A DNA stretch of 57,115 nucleotides, filler included, from Porpidia crustulata (taxonomy: Eukaryota), in the NCBI GenBank assembly GCA_964255105.1. It is 3 parts of 3 records of this genome, joined end to end, with 100 filler letters (N's around TTAATTAATTAA, not from the genome) between each part and the next. Parts side by side here need not be neighbours in the genome. Positions count along the whole stretch, not along the records: positions 19,077 to 38,051 come from CAXUWE010000157.1; positions 38,152 to 57,115 come from CAXUWE010000158.1; 1 more part is not named here. The stretch is one strand, 5' to 3'. The position numbers and the translations under genes are program-made. Positions 37,604-50,578 of this stretch are shown here, piece after piece (the stretch's first letter is position 1; every line of letters begins with the position of its first letter). The notes under the pieces are model-generated. The model was not told where the DNA came from. It worked only from the letters and a program-made list of their open reading frames with translations, and searched no databases.

Positions 37604-38051
37604 ATGTATATCCCTCTCCTCCTCTCCTGCATTATCCTTCTCCACCTGACCTCCGCTTCCATCCCCCTAACCTCCGCATCCATCCTCGCTACCCCCGCAA
37701 ACGTCCCCGTTACCGTTACAATCACCGTCTCAGCCCCCTGCTTCACGCCAACTGGCCGGGAATACTACCTCAAAACGCACGTGCTCGACGGCGGCAACTC
37801 CTCCAAAGATTCGTTATACCTGGGCGCGTACCACACGGGCGCTGGGGAGAACGATGTCGTGCTGGTGCCTGCAACACATAATTTGGCCAAGGGGTTTATA
37901 GATGGGTCGTATCAGGTGGGTTCATACTTGTGCGGAGGGGAGGGAAGGTGGTTACGAGTGGGCTGATACTGACCGGTGTGGGTGGGAAGGGCAGCAGTTC
38001 GATCTGGGGGATTACTTCCCTTGGAGCATGAGGATGGGGACTGATACCAAC
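37604..38051 (+). CDS. Secreted protein with YHTGAG motif (resembles DUF7907 family), 3' end cut by the gap; intron 37916 to ~37994
   Basis: Hydrophobic N-terminus; YYLKTHVLDGGNSSKDSLYLGAYHTGAGENDVVL...AKGFIDGSYQ spliced to QFDLGDYFPWSM. Confidence 0.7.
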
Positions 38052-38151
38052 NNNNNNNNNNNNNNNNNNNNNNNNNNNNNNNNNNNNNNNNNNNNTTAAT
38101 TAATTAANNNNNNNNNNNNNNNNNNNNNNNNNNNNNNNNNNNNNNNNNNNN
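38052..38151. other. Artificial contig linker (44 N, TTAATTAATTAA, 44 N)
   Basis: Same length and structure as the linker at 18977-19076. Confidence 0.97.
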
Positions 38152-38786
38152 GTGTGGGGTGGAAGGTGGGCAGTGGCGCGAGGATCAAGAGGAGGCAATT
38201 ACACCGTCCAGGCGGTGGAAGGCTTTTGAATGACACTTCAATTTTAGAAGAGGTGTTTTTTGATCGAATTACGATATTTTTCAAGCAGATGACGGAGAAG
38301 CGATTTGATAAAGAAAAATATTTATAATCCTAGTACTAAGCTTCATTAGGATAGCGCTAAACCCCATATGGGGGGGTGTACGAGCATGCAAAGGGGTGTT
38401 ACGGTTAGTATTTCCCATTATCAATGGGTTTGGAAAACAGTACCCCAAAGCACATTCAATAATGACTCTGAAATCCCCAATCATTATAACTCGATCCAAA
38501 GAAATCGGAAAATATTCAACTCCACCTGGGTAGCACCCGCCTCGCGACGCCGGGGGGGTTGGCTGGGTTGGGTGCCCAGTGGCCGTTTGGAATAAAAGGA
38601 GCATTTTAGCACTATGGTCGGCACTCAACGCCGAGCTACTTTGGGACGGGTGTTTTGTGCAGAGATAGAATCCTTCGAAGATTCTCTAAGTCGTTTTCTG
38701 GCTGCGGTCGTGAATTTTGAGTTGACGTAGCTGTTCCACTCCCGAATAATGATATTCTAATGACTCATTGTTGATTAACTTCTGCC

Positions 38787-40416
38787 TCATACTGACGTTG
38801 ATTCTATCCTATCTAGCTTTGCGATTTGTCTGTATCGATAGTATCCACTCTCCTGTCTCAGCTTCATGCCCTCCGGATCTCCCTCCAGCTTTTGCATAAG
38901 AGCTTTGGCTGCATCACTGAGTAGAAGTCGCAACTTCCCTGCTCCGTATGCAATCAGAATTTTCTTAGACAGACCTAGGACGGTCCTTCGATCAAAATTT
39001 ATGTGTTTATGTACTCGATCAAATTCTTGATATTCAAATTTCAGTGAATAGTCTTTAATGACGCTCTCCTCATCAGATATCTTGATAGCTCGATGAATGC
39101 GGATGATGAGTCCTTCGGTACTGGCTACTACAGAGAAGAATCGCACTTTGGCAAAGAAGATATCCTCATGTTGCTGTCCAGCGTCTCGAAAAAATTCGAA
39201 CATATTGTGCAATGCCTGACTTGCATTATTGAGACCTTGTCGCTTTCCCACATCATCATCGATTTCTCTCTTGGCCTCAATCGTAAAGAAATGAAATATT
39301 CTCTTGTTTCCCTTTTCAGTTATGTTTTCGAAGCAGGCAAGACTCTTAATTGATTCAGGCATCATGATCCACAGTTTGTCGGAAATCAGTGCTTTTCTTC
39401 GGAAGCAGACCGCTAGATCGGGCTTTGGTTGCGTCAAGAATTGCGTACCTATCCAATATGCTCGTGTTGGCATTGGTGGACAGGTCCAAGTCTCCTCAAC
39501 ACTATAATCAAGACAACTTCGATTGGTCGGATCTTCATTATAGATCGAAAGATGACGCGCAATCAAGCCCATCATGAGCGTTCGCTGAAAGAGTGCCTCG
39601 CTGGATCCCGAGTTGCATCTGGTCTGATCAAAAGTTCAGAGCTGGCTGTGCAACATTTTTTCCTCATCAGTTTCGATATCGATGGTCTTTAATCGAAGCT
39701 TGATATGACGCGCGTACGAATCGGGGGTCGGATCTACCTCCAGATCAACATTTCGATACATAAGACCCTGATGAAAGGTTTCTGAACCGGGGCCTATTCT
39801 CGTAAAACGTTTCGCCATGTCTGGATCCGCGATGATTGCGTCTAAAATAGCTTCAAATTTTCTATTCAATGGCGGTAGATAGCTCCAGGAAGCTGCGAAA
39901 TCCTCCTCTTCACTTGAATCCGAATCGTCCTCTCGAGAAGTGATACTTGTAACGTACTGATTCTCGTCACGTGATGGAGTCTCAATACTCTGAATGGGTT
40001 TTTCGGCTTGAGGATGGGCTGAGTTCTTTGAAATATTCTGAGTACTTTCCTTCTCATACTTTGGGACTTTCCGGCGCCTGGAAAGAAGGGTCTCTGGGCT
40101 TTCTTGAAAGATTGCAGCGGTAAAGGGCCCTGACCTAAGACCAGATCTGATACTGTGGTGAGTGGCGTCTTTCGACTTTGATTTCTGTTATTTGATCGGG
40201 TTGTCAGTTTAGCTATAAGCCAGATTACGTAATTCACCATCTGAAGTATCTTACCTGTCTGCGATTTTTTTGACTAACAGGTTTGGGTCTTGCAACGCTT
40301 TGAGAGCTTCGCGCGAGCTTCTTTTTACTCAAAGGTGTTGCGAGCGCGGTTGAAGAAGCCCAATTCGTAATTATAGATGGTGTATCTAAGAAGGACTCAG
40401 GGGCGGGTTGTTACAT
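38787..40416 (-). pseudogene. Disrupted gene with a C-terminal PD-(D/E)XK-like domain; exons 40416-40255 and 40184-38787
   Basis: ATG at 40416 is followed immediately by TAA. Intron GTAAGA...CTGAC...AACAG. TGA at 39638-39636 lies between two in-frame ORFs. Motifs QPKPDLAVCF, HFFTIEAKR, QGLNNASQALHNM. Confidence 0.7.
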
Positions 40417-40969
40417 AAGAAAGCCGACGTGGGCAAGTTTTGACAAACGGACTCTGTTCTAACCAGGCCGCACGCAGAAGGAAAGGCGATAAGGATGCGC
40501 GTATGATCGCGAAGCAAATGAGACATTCTTTGTCTAGACGCCGTCTTTGAAATGCATGATGCGATGACCCAGAAATTCCAGTAGACCTGCAGGACACAAT
40601 AAAGGAGTTTCTATTCTTGGTCAATCCACTTACTTTGGCGGTTTGGGTGATGAGGGAATTTAAATCCTGAATCAGCTCGCCATCACCTGGCAATCATTCT
40701 GCTTCCATAGATCTCGCGTCGTAAGACCTACCTACTATGACTGTACCCCTAAGAAATAATGAGATTTCCCTCAAACAGTCCAATCTATTACTCTCTAGCA
40801 AAGTCTACGGGAAGTCCTAACATGAAGATGGAGAGTTGTGAGATTCATAGACAAACGGGCAAGGCAAGCACGATGTCTAGAAAGTTAACAGACTGTCAGA
40901 ATCACGACTAGGGTAACGCAGAATTGTCTAAGGACATCTTAAACCGACTACACACACAGCTGAAACATA

Positions 40970-41694
40970 TCACACGCCGTAGTCAGTCGGCACAGGGATC
41001 GTCACAGACGTTGAGAAGGGCAAAGAAGTCGAGGATCGAGCGGATGATGAAGAGGTTGAAGTCGTCTCAGATGCGGATATTGCGGATGTCTCGCCAGCAG
41101 TGAATGATGAGGACAGCGCCGGCTGTTGATGAGATTTACGGGGGAGGTCGCGACAGATCATGTAGTCGTTGAGGTTTGTGATGAATTCATCCTTGGCTAT
41201 GAATTGATATTCTTGAGGGAGAGCATACGGTTGTCATGGGTGAAGGGACGAAGGTGGATCAGAACAATCGAAGATGTGTATTGAGGGGCTCGTGTCACGT
41301 AAACGAACATGCTCCGGTACGTGGAAAATCCGAATTGACGCAAGGCAATATCATTGATACCGGTGATAGACGAGGATCTTGCGTGGCGGTGGGATGAAGC
41401 TGTGAAGTGTGGGATAGCACGGGACATCGGGGCTAGGTTGAGGCTTTTGGGCAGTATAGGTTTGGGTCAACAAGAGATGCTCGCGTTGTCTGTGCCTTCT
41501 CTCTGATCATCATCGGTCGTTTCGTCAATGATCTCGTGCTTGGAGCCTCCATCCGTAGTTCTTCCCGCAATAGGAGCCGGTGGAGTCAACGCACAATTTC
41601 GCAATGATGTCCGGCAAGATAGAAGTTCCTCATTTATCTCTTTCTTGGCCAGCTCTTCGTTACACCTGGTAATCCCTGTCGTCGTCTACTCCAT
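40970..41694 (-). pseudogene. Possible degraded gene of unknown family
   Basis: ATG 41694 is in frame with ORF 41197..41427 across TAG (41688-41686) and TGA (41469-41467). A frame change leads into Ser/Thr-rich ORF 40970..41161. No recognisable motif. Confidence 0.3.
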
Positions 41695-42654
41695 TTCTCT
41701 CTGCCTGCTTTGACCTTAGATATTATCACGACGCAAAACAATCATCCCGCTTCTTCTTCTTCAACTACCCAAGTTTACCCCATCTATTCGTAGTGACCCA
41801 TCCAACAATAATTGCACATGTAGCCCAGTGATGATTTGCGCAGTTTAGACATGCCTTTGTAGATTCGCAGAAATCCGGCACCTTGTCTTGGTAACGATGC
41901 TTTTTTCTCCCGTTTAATATCCATTACCGCTTTATCTGGGAGTCATTTCCACTGGAATCGCCATACATGACGCTGTCCTAAATAATAGAAAGACAGAGGT
42001 TGATAATCTGCACAACCTACGTACCCCATCACATAATCCACCTCCCTTCCCATTGGCAGAGGTGTGGCCGCAGCTTCTCGTACTAAATAGGTTCCTTCCA
42101 TCGGCTACTTTATCGCCCAATTTGTACCACCCGAATCCATACTCTTGGCTGAGGCGGTAGGGAGGGCGCAACCCTTAGCGATTCGCACGACACAAGCACT
42201 AGCTTTCCATATATCCATATCAATGTACACATGGAACTCTTTTCGCTTGGACTGGGAGCTGTGTTGGGTGTGAATGCTAGGACGAGTAAAGCTTCTGCTA
42301 TTGCCGACATCCAGTCTTGGATAGAGTACACAGCATCATTCTAGACAGGGTAGGGCTGCCATTTTGGATGCCATATCTTATACACTTGGTCTTCTCATAT
42401 TGTATGTCGCGAGTTTTGGTAGGCTACGCCATGTTCCACTGAATCGATTGCGAACTTTATTTGCTACCCCGAGCCCCATCTCTTCTCGAGGTGGGTATTG
42501 AACGGACCATGCTTCAAGGACGCTGATTGGGTCGTGGATAGATTTTGCTTGCATAGCCTACTATTTGCTCCAATTCATTCCTGTTCGGGAGAGCGAAGGA
42601 GTATCGTGTGTACGGCTGATTCTCGCGTGCGCCACAAAACGCAAATTGCTTGGC

Positions 42655-44467
42655 TTACATTACCGCATCTAGAACACGGCGTTTGAGGGCCTTTAGCTCT
42701 TCGTCTTTCTCCTGCAACTTCTTCTTGAGCATCAACGCTCTCCGTTTCCAGTCGACGTGTCCGCCTGCATCATCGTCACCGTATTCGTCGACTTCGTCTT
42801 CTGTGACTTCGTCGATTTGATTGAAGAAATCTGCGGATGTCCTTCTTTCATGTCTATACGGTACAGGACGGTCGGTTTCACCATTTATAAGCACAGTCGG
42901 GGGAGTCGCCAGTCGTACAGGCCCGCCTGGATTCTCTGGCACTTGAAGTTGCAATTTGCTTTTGCTAGGTTTTCGGGCCACCAAGTCGGGCATTGATTGA
43001 GGGGGAGATACCATAACCATGGGTTGGAAGTTCTGCATGGCTTCTTGATCCGTCTGATCTTGTCCAAGATTCATGGTCTCCATATGAGACGCTGCGTTAG
43101 GTGCCTTTTGTGCCTCTTTAGTGGTTGGATTCGCTGGAAATGTCGAGAAAGGTCCGTCTTGTACAGAACGATTACTTGGTGGTCTTCCTCTCAACTTCCC
43201 TGTCGCTGTACCGCTGGTCGCGGACCAGGCGCTAGAAACCGCAGGCCCGTGCCGCTTTCTCGATCGCATCGGTCCAACCTTGGCCGAGGAAGGAACCGCG
43301 GACTTCGGCTCCTCAAATGGGCTTGCAGAGTAGCCATGCCTTGGGGTGATGGCAGATTGAGGATACGGAGTGGTGGGGGTGTTCTCGCGCTCATTTAGCC
43401 GCCAACGAATATGCTGACCTGGAAGAGCGCTCAGCTGTTGCGAGACTGGTGTGCGGCCGGTACTCGGCGTTTTTGGTGCAATAGCTATCTGCGCCGCTGC
43501 CCATGCATCGCCTTGGTGAGGATGAGCACTCCAAGAAAGTGCACTTTGAGGGGCTGCGGAGTACTGTTCGTCAAAATTGTTGAAGAATTCTGCGCTGCTG
43601 GATCGTTGATGCTGTATCCTTTTCGCACTAGCAGTTCCGTCAATGTCGACCTCTTCGGCCTTTCTTCTTCCACGTTTCGGCCTCCATTCTGGGACCAAAG
43701 CGCGTAATGCTAGGTCTTCTTCCGGCGAGACACCATCTCGCACTCCCTCGATCTGGGAAGGATCATTTGTCGTTGGTCTGTCCGTATAATATGCATTTGG
43801 CACACCGAGACAGTAATGAAAGAAGGCGTCCACATGGAAAGCGTGCAGCCATCGCTAGTATCCGGATTAGTTTGACAAGCTTAATGGCTGGACGGCCACT
43901 GACGATGAGGATATACTATCGAAAGGAATAGATTACCTTTAGCCTAACCGCGTACTGTTGCACCTTCTGCGTGCTTTGATTCTTTGAGGTATCTGGTGGC
44001 TCGACACCTAGCTCAATCACAAGCTGAGTCCACGTCTTCAGCTCTTTGGACTCGAGCTTTGAGATTAATTCGAACAGAGTGAATGGGCTGAAACTTTTCC
44101 CGTCGCTCTTTGGCGGGGAACGGAAGCCTCTTCTCAACTCGGTAGTATCAACGTCATTCGATATTGACGGATTGCAGTACAGTATGAAGTTGACATATGC
44201 ATTGTCTATGGAATTATCACTTATTTCAATTGATGGTAGCACTCGGTCCGAAGAGCTATTTGGAGAGGACTGAACGCCATTTCCAGTGGCTGACAAGACC
44301 GCAGAATTTTGCATGTGATTTTGACTGTAATTATGAGAGATCTGTGGATTTGATATTCTGTGGTTTTCAAGATGAGGGTCGATCATGGAGGCAGTCGGAG
44401 CGGCCAGGCTGCCTAGATGAACCCCTCGCTGTACCATCGGACTTCGCATCTGATAGGCATCGTCCAT
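42655..44467 (-). CDS. ABP2: ARS-binding protein 2 (Abp2 family); exons 44467-43937 and 43854-42655
   Basis: AYVNFILYCNP, FRSPPKSDGKSFS, LGVEPPD, QKVQQYAVRLK spliced to RWLHAFHVDAFFHY; AT-hook-like PKRGRRK and KLRGRPP; C-terminal coiled coil. Confidence 0.9.
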
Positions 44468-45034
44468 TGTACATATATAAGCTTCCTATATAAGCCACGT
44501 AGGACATTACCAAGCTTCAGCCAGAAAATCTTGAGTCTGGGAAGAACCTCAGCGCCGAGCCATCGTAAAAGGTGAGCAGTAACGAGGCGCGCAACTGTAG
44601 AAAACAAGCCGGTGGGACCTGCCCAGAGAAAGACTCACGCTCCAAGACTCGACTTGTTGATGTACATAAGCTTCACACTTTTTATATTGATGTATATAGA
44701 TGTATATGTTTGTTAGGTTGGCAAATGATGATAATTTGTACCCATTTGAGGGATCGATGGGTTGGAATAAGCTCAGAAAGGCCAGATTTACCGCAGATTT
44801 GGCATGGTTATTGGCATCGTCGCAGGACGTCCTCTCCCTAAGACGCCACGAGATCCCAAAATAATCACACTTAATTTGGGGGCGGACGCTACCGATATGT
44901 TGTTCTACGTTGCATGCAGTAAATGAAGATCTTCATCTATCATGCATTGTTGTATACTCAGTATGGTCTTTTGACAGGTATCACTGTTGTCAAATGCATT
45001 GAGATTGTGAAGTCTATTGAACTCAACAGCCATT

Positions 45035-46116
45035 CTATTTCCATACAATCTCTTTCACGTTGCACGCATCGACTTTTCCCAAGTACCACAAGTGAGCCGC
45101 AATATTATATTTGAAAGGTTCGCCGGTATTCCCAAGCTTATTGACATCTCCAAGCAATTGCTTGATATCGTTCACTGTTGGCACGAGGCCGTTACCCAAG
45201 TCAATATAGTATTCCGGGCTTATGTGAACGTATCCCAGAAATAGCGGAGGAAATTTAGGCACCAGGTCGCTGAGATGCGTAAGGCGGAAATTACCACCCG
45301 CGTTCTGGGTCGTGATGAAGTCGCTGAGTTTTCGGCCGGCGATGCGAGGTGATCCGAATGTGTATAGATCAGCGGGGACGCCCAGTTTCCGAATCTCAGC
45401 AGCTGCGATGGCTGCGATTGCGCCACCGAGACTATGCCCAGTCACGACGACTCTAGATTGGGGGTTCTGGAGTGCTGTGGTTTTCAGCGCAGCTAGAATA
45501 CCCACCCGGGCTTCAACCCAGGATTCCCAAAAGCCTTGGTGAGCTTCACAGCCGTCGCAGATATCAGTTGTAACCTGGAATACGTCGGCATCGGCTAGGA
45601 AATTGCGGATCGAATGTGAGCCGCGGAAAGAGAGGACCGTAAGGCTCCGTTCCTTATCGACAGCAATGTACCCAGTTACATCCGTGATTCGAGAGCTTAA
45701 GTACTGAGTATCAGCTTAGGGCAGGTCTATAGTTTTCTAGGAGGTGAGGTTTGATCTATGACTTACTGGTCAAATTCGTAAACCGTGGTCACGTTGCTAG
45801 AGCTAACAAGGGGACAATTGCCTGTGGGGCAACTCAATCTGTTCCCTCCTGCTGTGACATTGGTGTTGCCAGTGCAGTAGGCGGCAGCAGTATATTGTTC
45901 GAAAAGATTGAAATTTGAAAGGTCTCCAGCGGACACATCTTCATTTGTTATCAGTACGTCAGAAGCAAGTCAAAGGAACGGAACAATGCACGGGAAAGGG
46001 CAGGAAAGGAACAGCAGCGTACCTCTGGACGAAAGGGATAGTGGAGTGGAAACAGCTGAATGAATATAGAAGGATAACAGAGCCGCAATAACATGAAACG
46101 AGAGACTGAAAGCCAT
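45035..46116 (-). CDS. Secreted class 3 lipase, 308 aa; exons 46116-46023, 45938-45767, 45695-45035
   Basis: Signal peptide; AAYC, LSFRGS, AHQGFW, nucleophile VTGHSLGG, YTFGSPR, THLSDLVPKFPP, AHLWY. Exons sum to 927 nt. Confidence 0.93.
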
Positions 46117-46845
46117 ATCGTATCAATAGACTACTTCAAGCCTTGGCTCACAGCTAGAGCATGATATAGAATAAAAAGACAGAGGGCGCCGCATGGCTGC
46201 CGATATATAGTCATAGCTAGATGAAACCATCTCTGCACCATCCCGACCCCACACCTGCCTGAAATGAGGGTGTACCAGGTAGAAATGACACTCCTGTAGT
46301 CTGCATGCAAGGCACCCGTTGCCCTAATACTTAGCCACCCTGGGCGAATAGGCTCTCTGTTCCACGGTCTCCCAATTAGGTATTGCCCTTTGCGGCAGGC
46401 CAGCAGCTTGCATGAGCTATCGGCGTTGACGTCAAATACGGTTGGAGGCAGAAGGACGGCGAGTCCAATTAGCGAGGATCCTCTATGAGCGACGTTTGAT
46501 GGCACCACATGTGCAGCTTTGTTTATCGCCCCCGCGCCGTGCCGCAGATCCCGCTCCTATGTCATACTTATTGCCTCCACGCCTTCACAGATTGGGAACG
46601 CCGGCGATGTAACACTACAGTCTTCGAACCAAGCATTTGATGACTCCAAGCCCCCTCTCATAGGTCTCATAATGAACCCTTACTGTGGAACTTGAAATAA
46701 CACCCGGGCGTCCGTTTGGACGTTGATGATCCTTCTGTACCTTGACGCTCGCTTGGGTGAAGTAGTCTAATAAGGTGATGTACAGCAAAGGACCAAACAC
46801 TGACTCTACAACGCGCCACTCCTGTCTCTACAGACAAGGCTCTCC

Positions 46846-49639
46846 CTAGGTTTTGGCAACGACTCGTGGAATAATCCACCAGGGGTGGTACCCAGTCCCA
46901 CTCCTCGCAACCTCTACTTCCAAAAAGTCCGTCACATTCTGATTACCCACATTGATAATAGCCTTCCTTGCCGTTGCGACTGCAATGTTTCCAGCAATGC
47001 AAGCCCTGAGAACGTTCTTCACCCCAGTCTTCCACCAATCTTCGCAACCTACGCAACGAGCGACTTCAGCATTTGCCTTGCTGATGGACTCCCAGTCCTT
47101 CCGCGCTGACTTCATCGCTTCGTCAGCCGCATCAAGCACTGCAAACCCTTGCTCTTTGAGTTTAACGCTCGATCTGGTAGACTCTCGTGATTCTGCCCCT
47201 GCAATTGACGTGACGGACAAGAAGTCAGGGTAGGATGGAACTTCGGGGAGAGATAATGGTAGGAATGGGCGCATTCGAAGGGCGTAGCGTAGGGTCGGTG
47301 TGCTGTAGGGGAGGTTGTCGCCTAATGGAAGCAGGTCGAAATGGCTGAGGAACGAGTAGAGCTCCGAGAAAATTCAGTAAGTGGCATATCGTCTCCTATG
47401 GGCAGTACATACAGTAAAGAGGCCCTCGGCGAAAGACTGAACCGCAGAAGCCTCGAGCATGGTGAAAGTCAAGAACGAGAATGAACGGCTGAATGCCGTC
47501 TGCTGTTCTAGCGTTGGGCTGGAGATGTAGGCCAAGCGGCGAGTCGTGAAAGTTCGAATACGTTGGATGTGAGTGAGTCTTATATTAGCTAGATGCTGCA
47601 GATACCTATGTTCAAATATTCTCAGTCTGATTCAGGACGACCAAGCGGAAATATTACCAATACATCCCGGCAAGCTCATCCAGCTTGTATATATTCAATT
47701 CAAACCCCAACTGTACGATCCATTCCATTTGGCGCAATTTGTGATAGTAGGTCCAAGATGATAAGGGGAAAGACCACAACTCCTCATTAAAAGCCTCAGC
47801 GTCAATTATGGGGGTTTCCTGGGTATATCCACGCAGTTCTACATCAAGATTCTCCGCCTATTCAGTGTCAGTAGTCTCAGTGAAGGGATTAAGCTAACAA
47901 CCTCACTTCGATTTGTAGACCGTCCCAGTCGATCACCAAATGACAAAGCATCCGTCTCATACGAGACCTATTCATACACAAGGCCCGAATTATATCACTG
48001 TAAGCCTGCTTCCAAGTCAGCTATAGGCAAGGGCAGATGTAACTGTAGTGAGATATTAATACTGGTCCAATCCGCGACAAGAAGGCTTCCATCTTGCGCT
48101 TCATCTGAAACTTGTGGTTCTGGGGCGCTTCAACATCGTCATTGGTGGGATCCAATAATGGATCCGCGGGTAGTACGAGTTCTTCAAGATCGTCAAAAAT
48201 GAGTTTTCTGATCGAAATGCTTCGGAGTACTTTCATATCGTTGAACACAAGCGACTGTAGTAAGCAACGAATGTAGACAGAAGGTTGAGATACCCGTGAC
48301 TGAAATGTTGAGACAAAGGTCTATTAAAACGTCCAGTCAGGATCTGTTACTTGCTTTGTGTCCAGAAGGGGCTTACCAATAGGTTACTGGACCCATAGTA
48401 ATCAAGTATTCGATACACCTCAGTGCCATTTTGACATAATCTTGTAAGGTGTGCAATTGCATCTTCGAAGCGTATGGCAACAACGGGTCGTGGGGGCACA
48501 CTGCTTGCTAAACGGCGCTGAATTTTTGCACTGAACGAGCTTTCTACCGGCACACCCAAGTGTGTGGTCCTGGAGAGGGTAGGCAATAGTTCCAAGCATT
48601 GTTCCCATAAAGTAATTTGATTGCGTTCTTCGTGATCGACTTCTAGCACAACAGCATCCAAAAGGCTCCTCCGGAGTCTCAGCCTGCTTGAAATAGCATG
48701 TAATTGATTCTCTGCTAACGATTCCTTCTGCTGATCGACGTACATAAGCGCTTCATCCAGCAGATCGTCTACTTCAGATACATCGAAGTCAGTAAGTAGC
48801 TTTCGATGATATAGAGTCAATACACAATCTTCTTCCTATTCCAACGTCAGGGGGTGTCTTGAGCCTTACGGAGTTGCGTCCGTTACGAAGGAGTACCTCA
48901 ACGGTTATGACGAACTTCATAATAGTGCTCTGTACCTATCCTGCGGTGCACAAAATCGCAGGTCTTTACCAACCCGATACAGTACGCTCGAAGCACAAGG
49001 CCCGTTAATCCATCATCTAGGCTAGGGTAAATCATGCGATGGAAGCGTGCTTGGCCTAATGACTTTGGATCTGGCCATAGGAGACGGTCAATGTAGAATG
49101 ACGTGAAAACAGTCTGGGAAAGTGGATGACCCATATGCCATGCCATCTAAAGAATCTTCAATTAGTATCGGGTCATTCTGGCTGCCTAATGTGGTAATGG
49201 AATAACATTTACCTCGTAACATAACAATTGATCCATTATACCAATGAGCTCTTCTGGCAGTATTTCTCTAAGAACGTCGTAATCATCTTCTAAAGTCTCT
49301 CCTTGAGCCAAGTATCCGCTGTCCATCTTAGGGTCCATGATCTATTACAAGTTCTCCTATATCAGCTTTTAGCCCTCCTGACGATGTGCATGGAAGGGAG
49401 GTTCGTACTTCCAGTGCGCCAACAGCCTCGAAGAGTGTGAAATATGCATCTTTGACAAGCTGACCAGTCTCAAGAGCTGATCTTTCATCAGTCAACGACC
49501 TCCTCATCCGGTAAAAGCCAAGCATACCTGATGCAGCAGTTCTAAAGCTCGCGGTGACATTCTGGGCTGTGCTTTGTCGAATCGGTATACCTGTTTCTTC
49601 AGCAGGTACCTCGTGAAGGCTCCCTGATTGTGGATCCAT
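46846..49639 (-). CDS. MAK10: NatC N-terminal acetyltransferase auxiliary subunit Mak10/Naa35, multi-exon (internal boundaries only partly resolved)
   Basis: Spliced GQLVKDAYFTLFEAVGALE-IMDPKMDSGY, IGIMDQLLCYE-MAWHMGHPLSQTVFTSFYID, YYE-EEDC, FSAKIQRRLASSVPPRP, C-terminal YHPWWIIP. Confidence 0.9.
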
Positions 49640-50578
49640 TGTATTGGTCCTCGCATTTATCCTCGCGCAGAGCTGTGCTTCCGTTGGTACGTTGAAGTCC
49701 TCCGCGGGATGAAAGAGTGCCCGAGGGGCTCCCCTCCAGCGCAAGAATTTTTGGTAGTCTGAGATTGGGCATGACTACCATACTGGTGATTGATCATGAC
49801 CGCATATCTAGAAGATATAAGATTATTGTCTCAAAGATTAATTTGAGCATGAAACTCAGAAGCTAAAGATGTTTGGTATACAATGGGAGATGTCCCGCAT
49901 TATGTACAGTTTTCTCCCTCTACAACGACGCTCTTTCGAAAGCTCCATAATTCTGCCTCATTCCCCTACTGTCCTCCTTGCCCCGCATGCTCCGCCATCG
50001 CACTTGCGTTCTCTGTCGCTAAATTCTTGTTCTCCCCTTGCTTTCCTCCCTGCGCGGAATCACACACTCAGTGTTCTGCAATCTCGATATAGGTAGAATC
50101 CCCGCTAAAGAGGTGACTAACCTGCCATTTTGCGAATTTCAACTCCATTTCCCCTCTTTTCTCAGCTCGTAGTCGTGGCTCTTCTTTGAGGGAGCGGCGG
50201 ACAGCGCGAGCTGCGACGGCTAGGTATCGGTTGTAACTGGACGCAATCAGTTAAGTCTCTTGCCTTGCGATCTCCATTGGTATACATACGTCAATCCTGA
50301 TGCTTTCCACGCAAAAGCCATTGTGAAAGCCGCAAACGTTCAATTGTTCAATTTCGCTATCTGAGTAGCTGGATTGTATTTGGCCAATAGACTAATGAGC
50401 ACTCACGCTAATGGAAACGGTGTCCTATCCCTAATATCCCTTAACCCCGAGATGCTAGACTATCCTCTATCTGATACTCGAGGCCATTGTACGAGCTGGA
50501 GCGCACTGGCAACGTTCTCTGATCTACAAATTGCTCTAGCTAATAGTGATACATCAAGACTTCAACACCATTCAAGCC

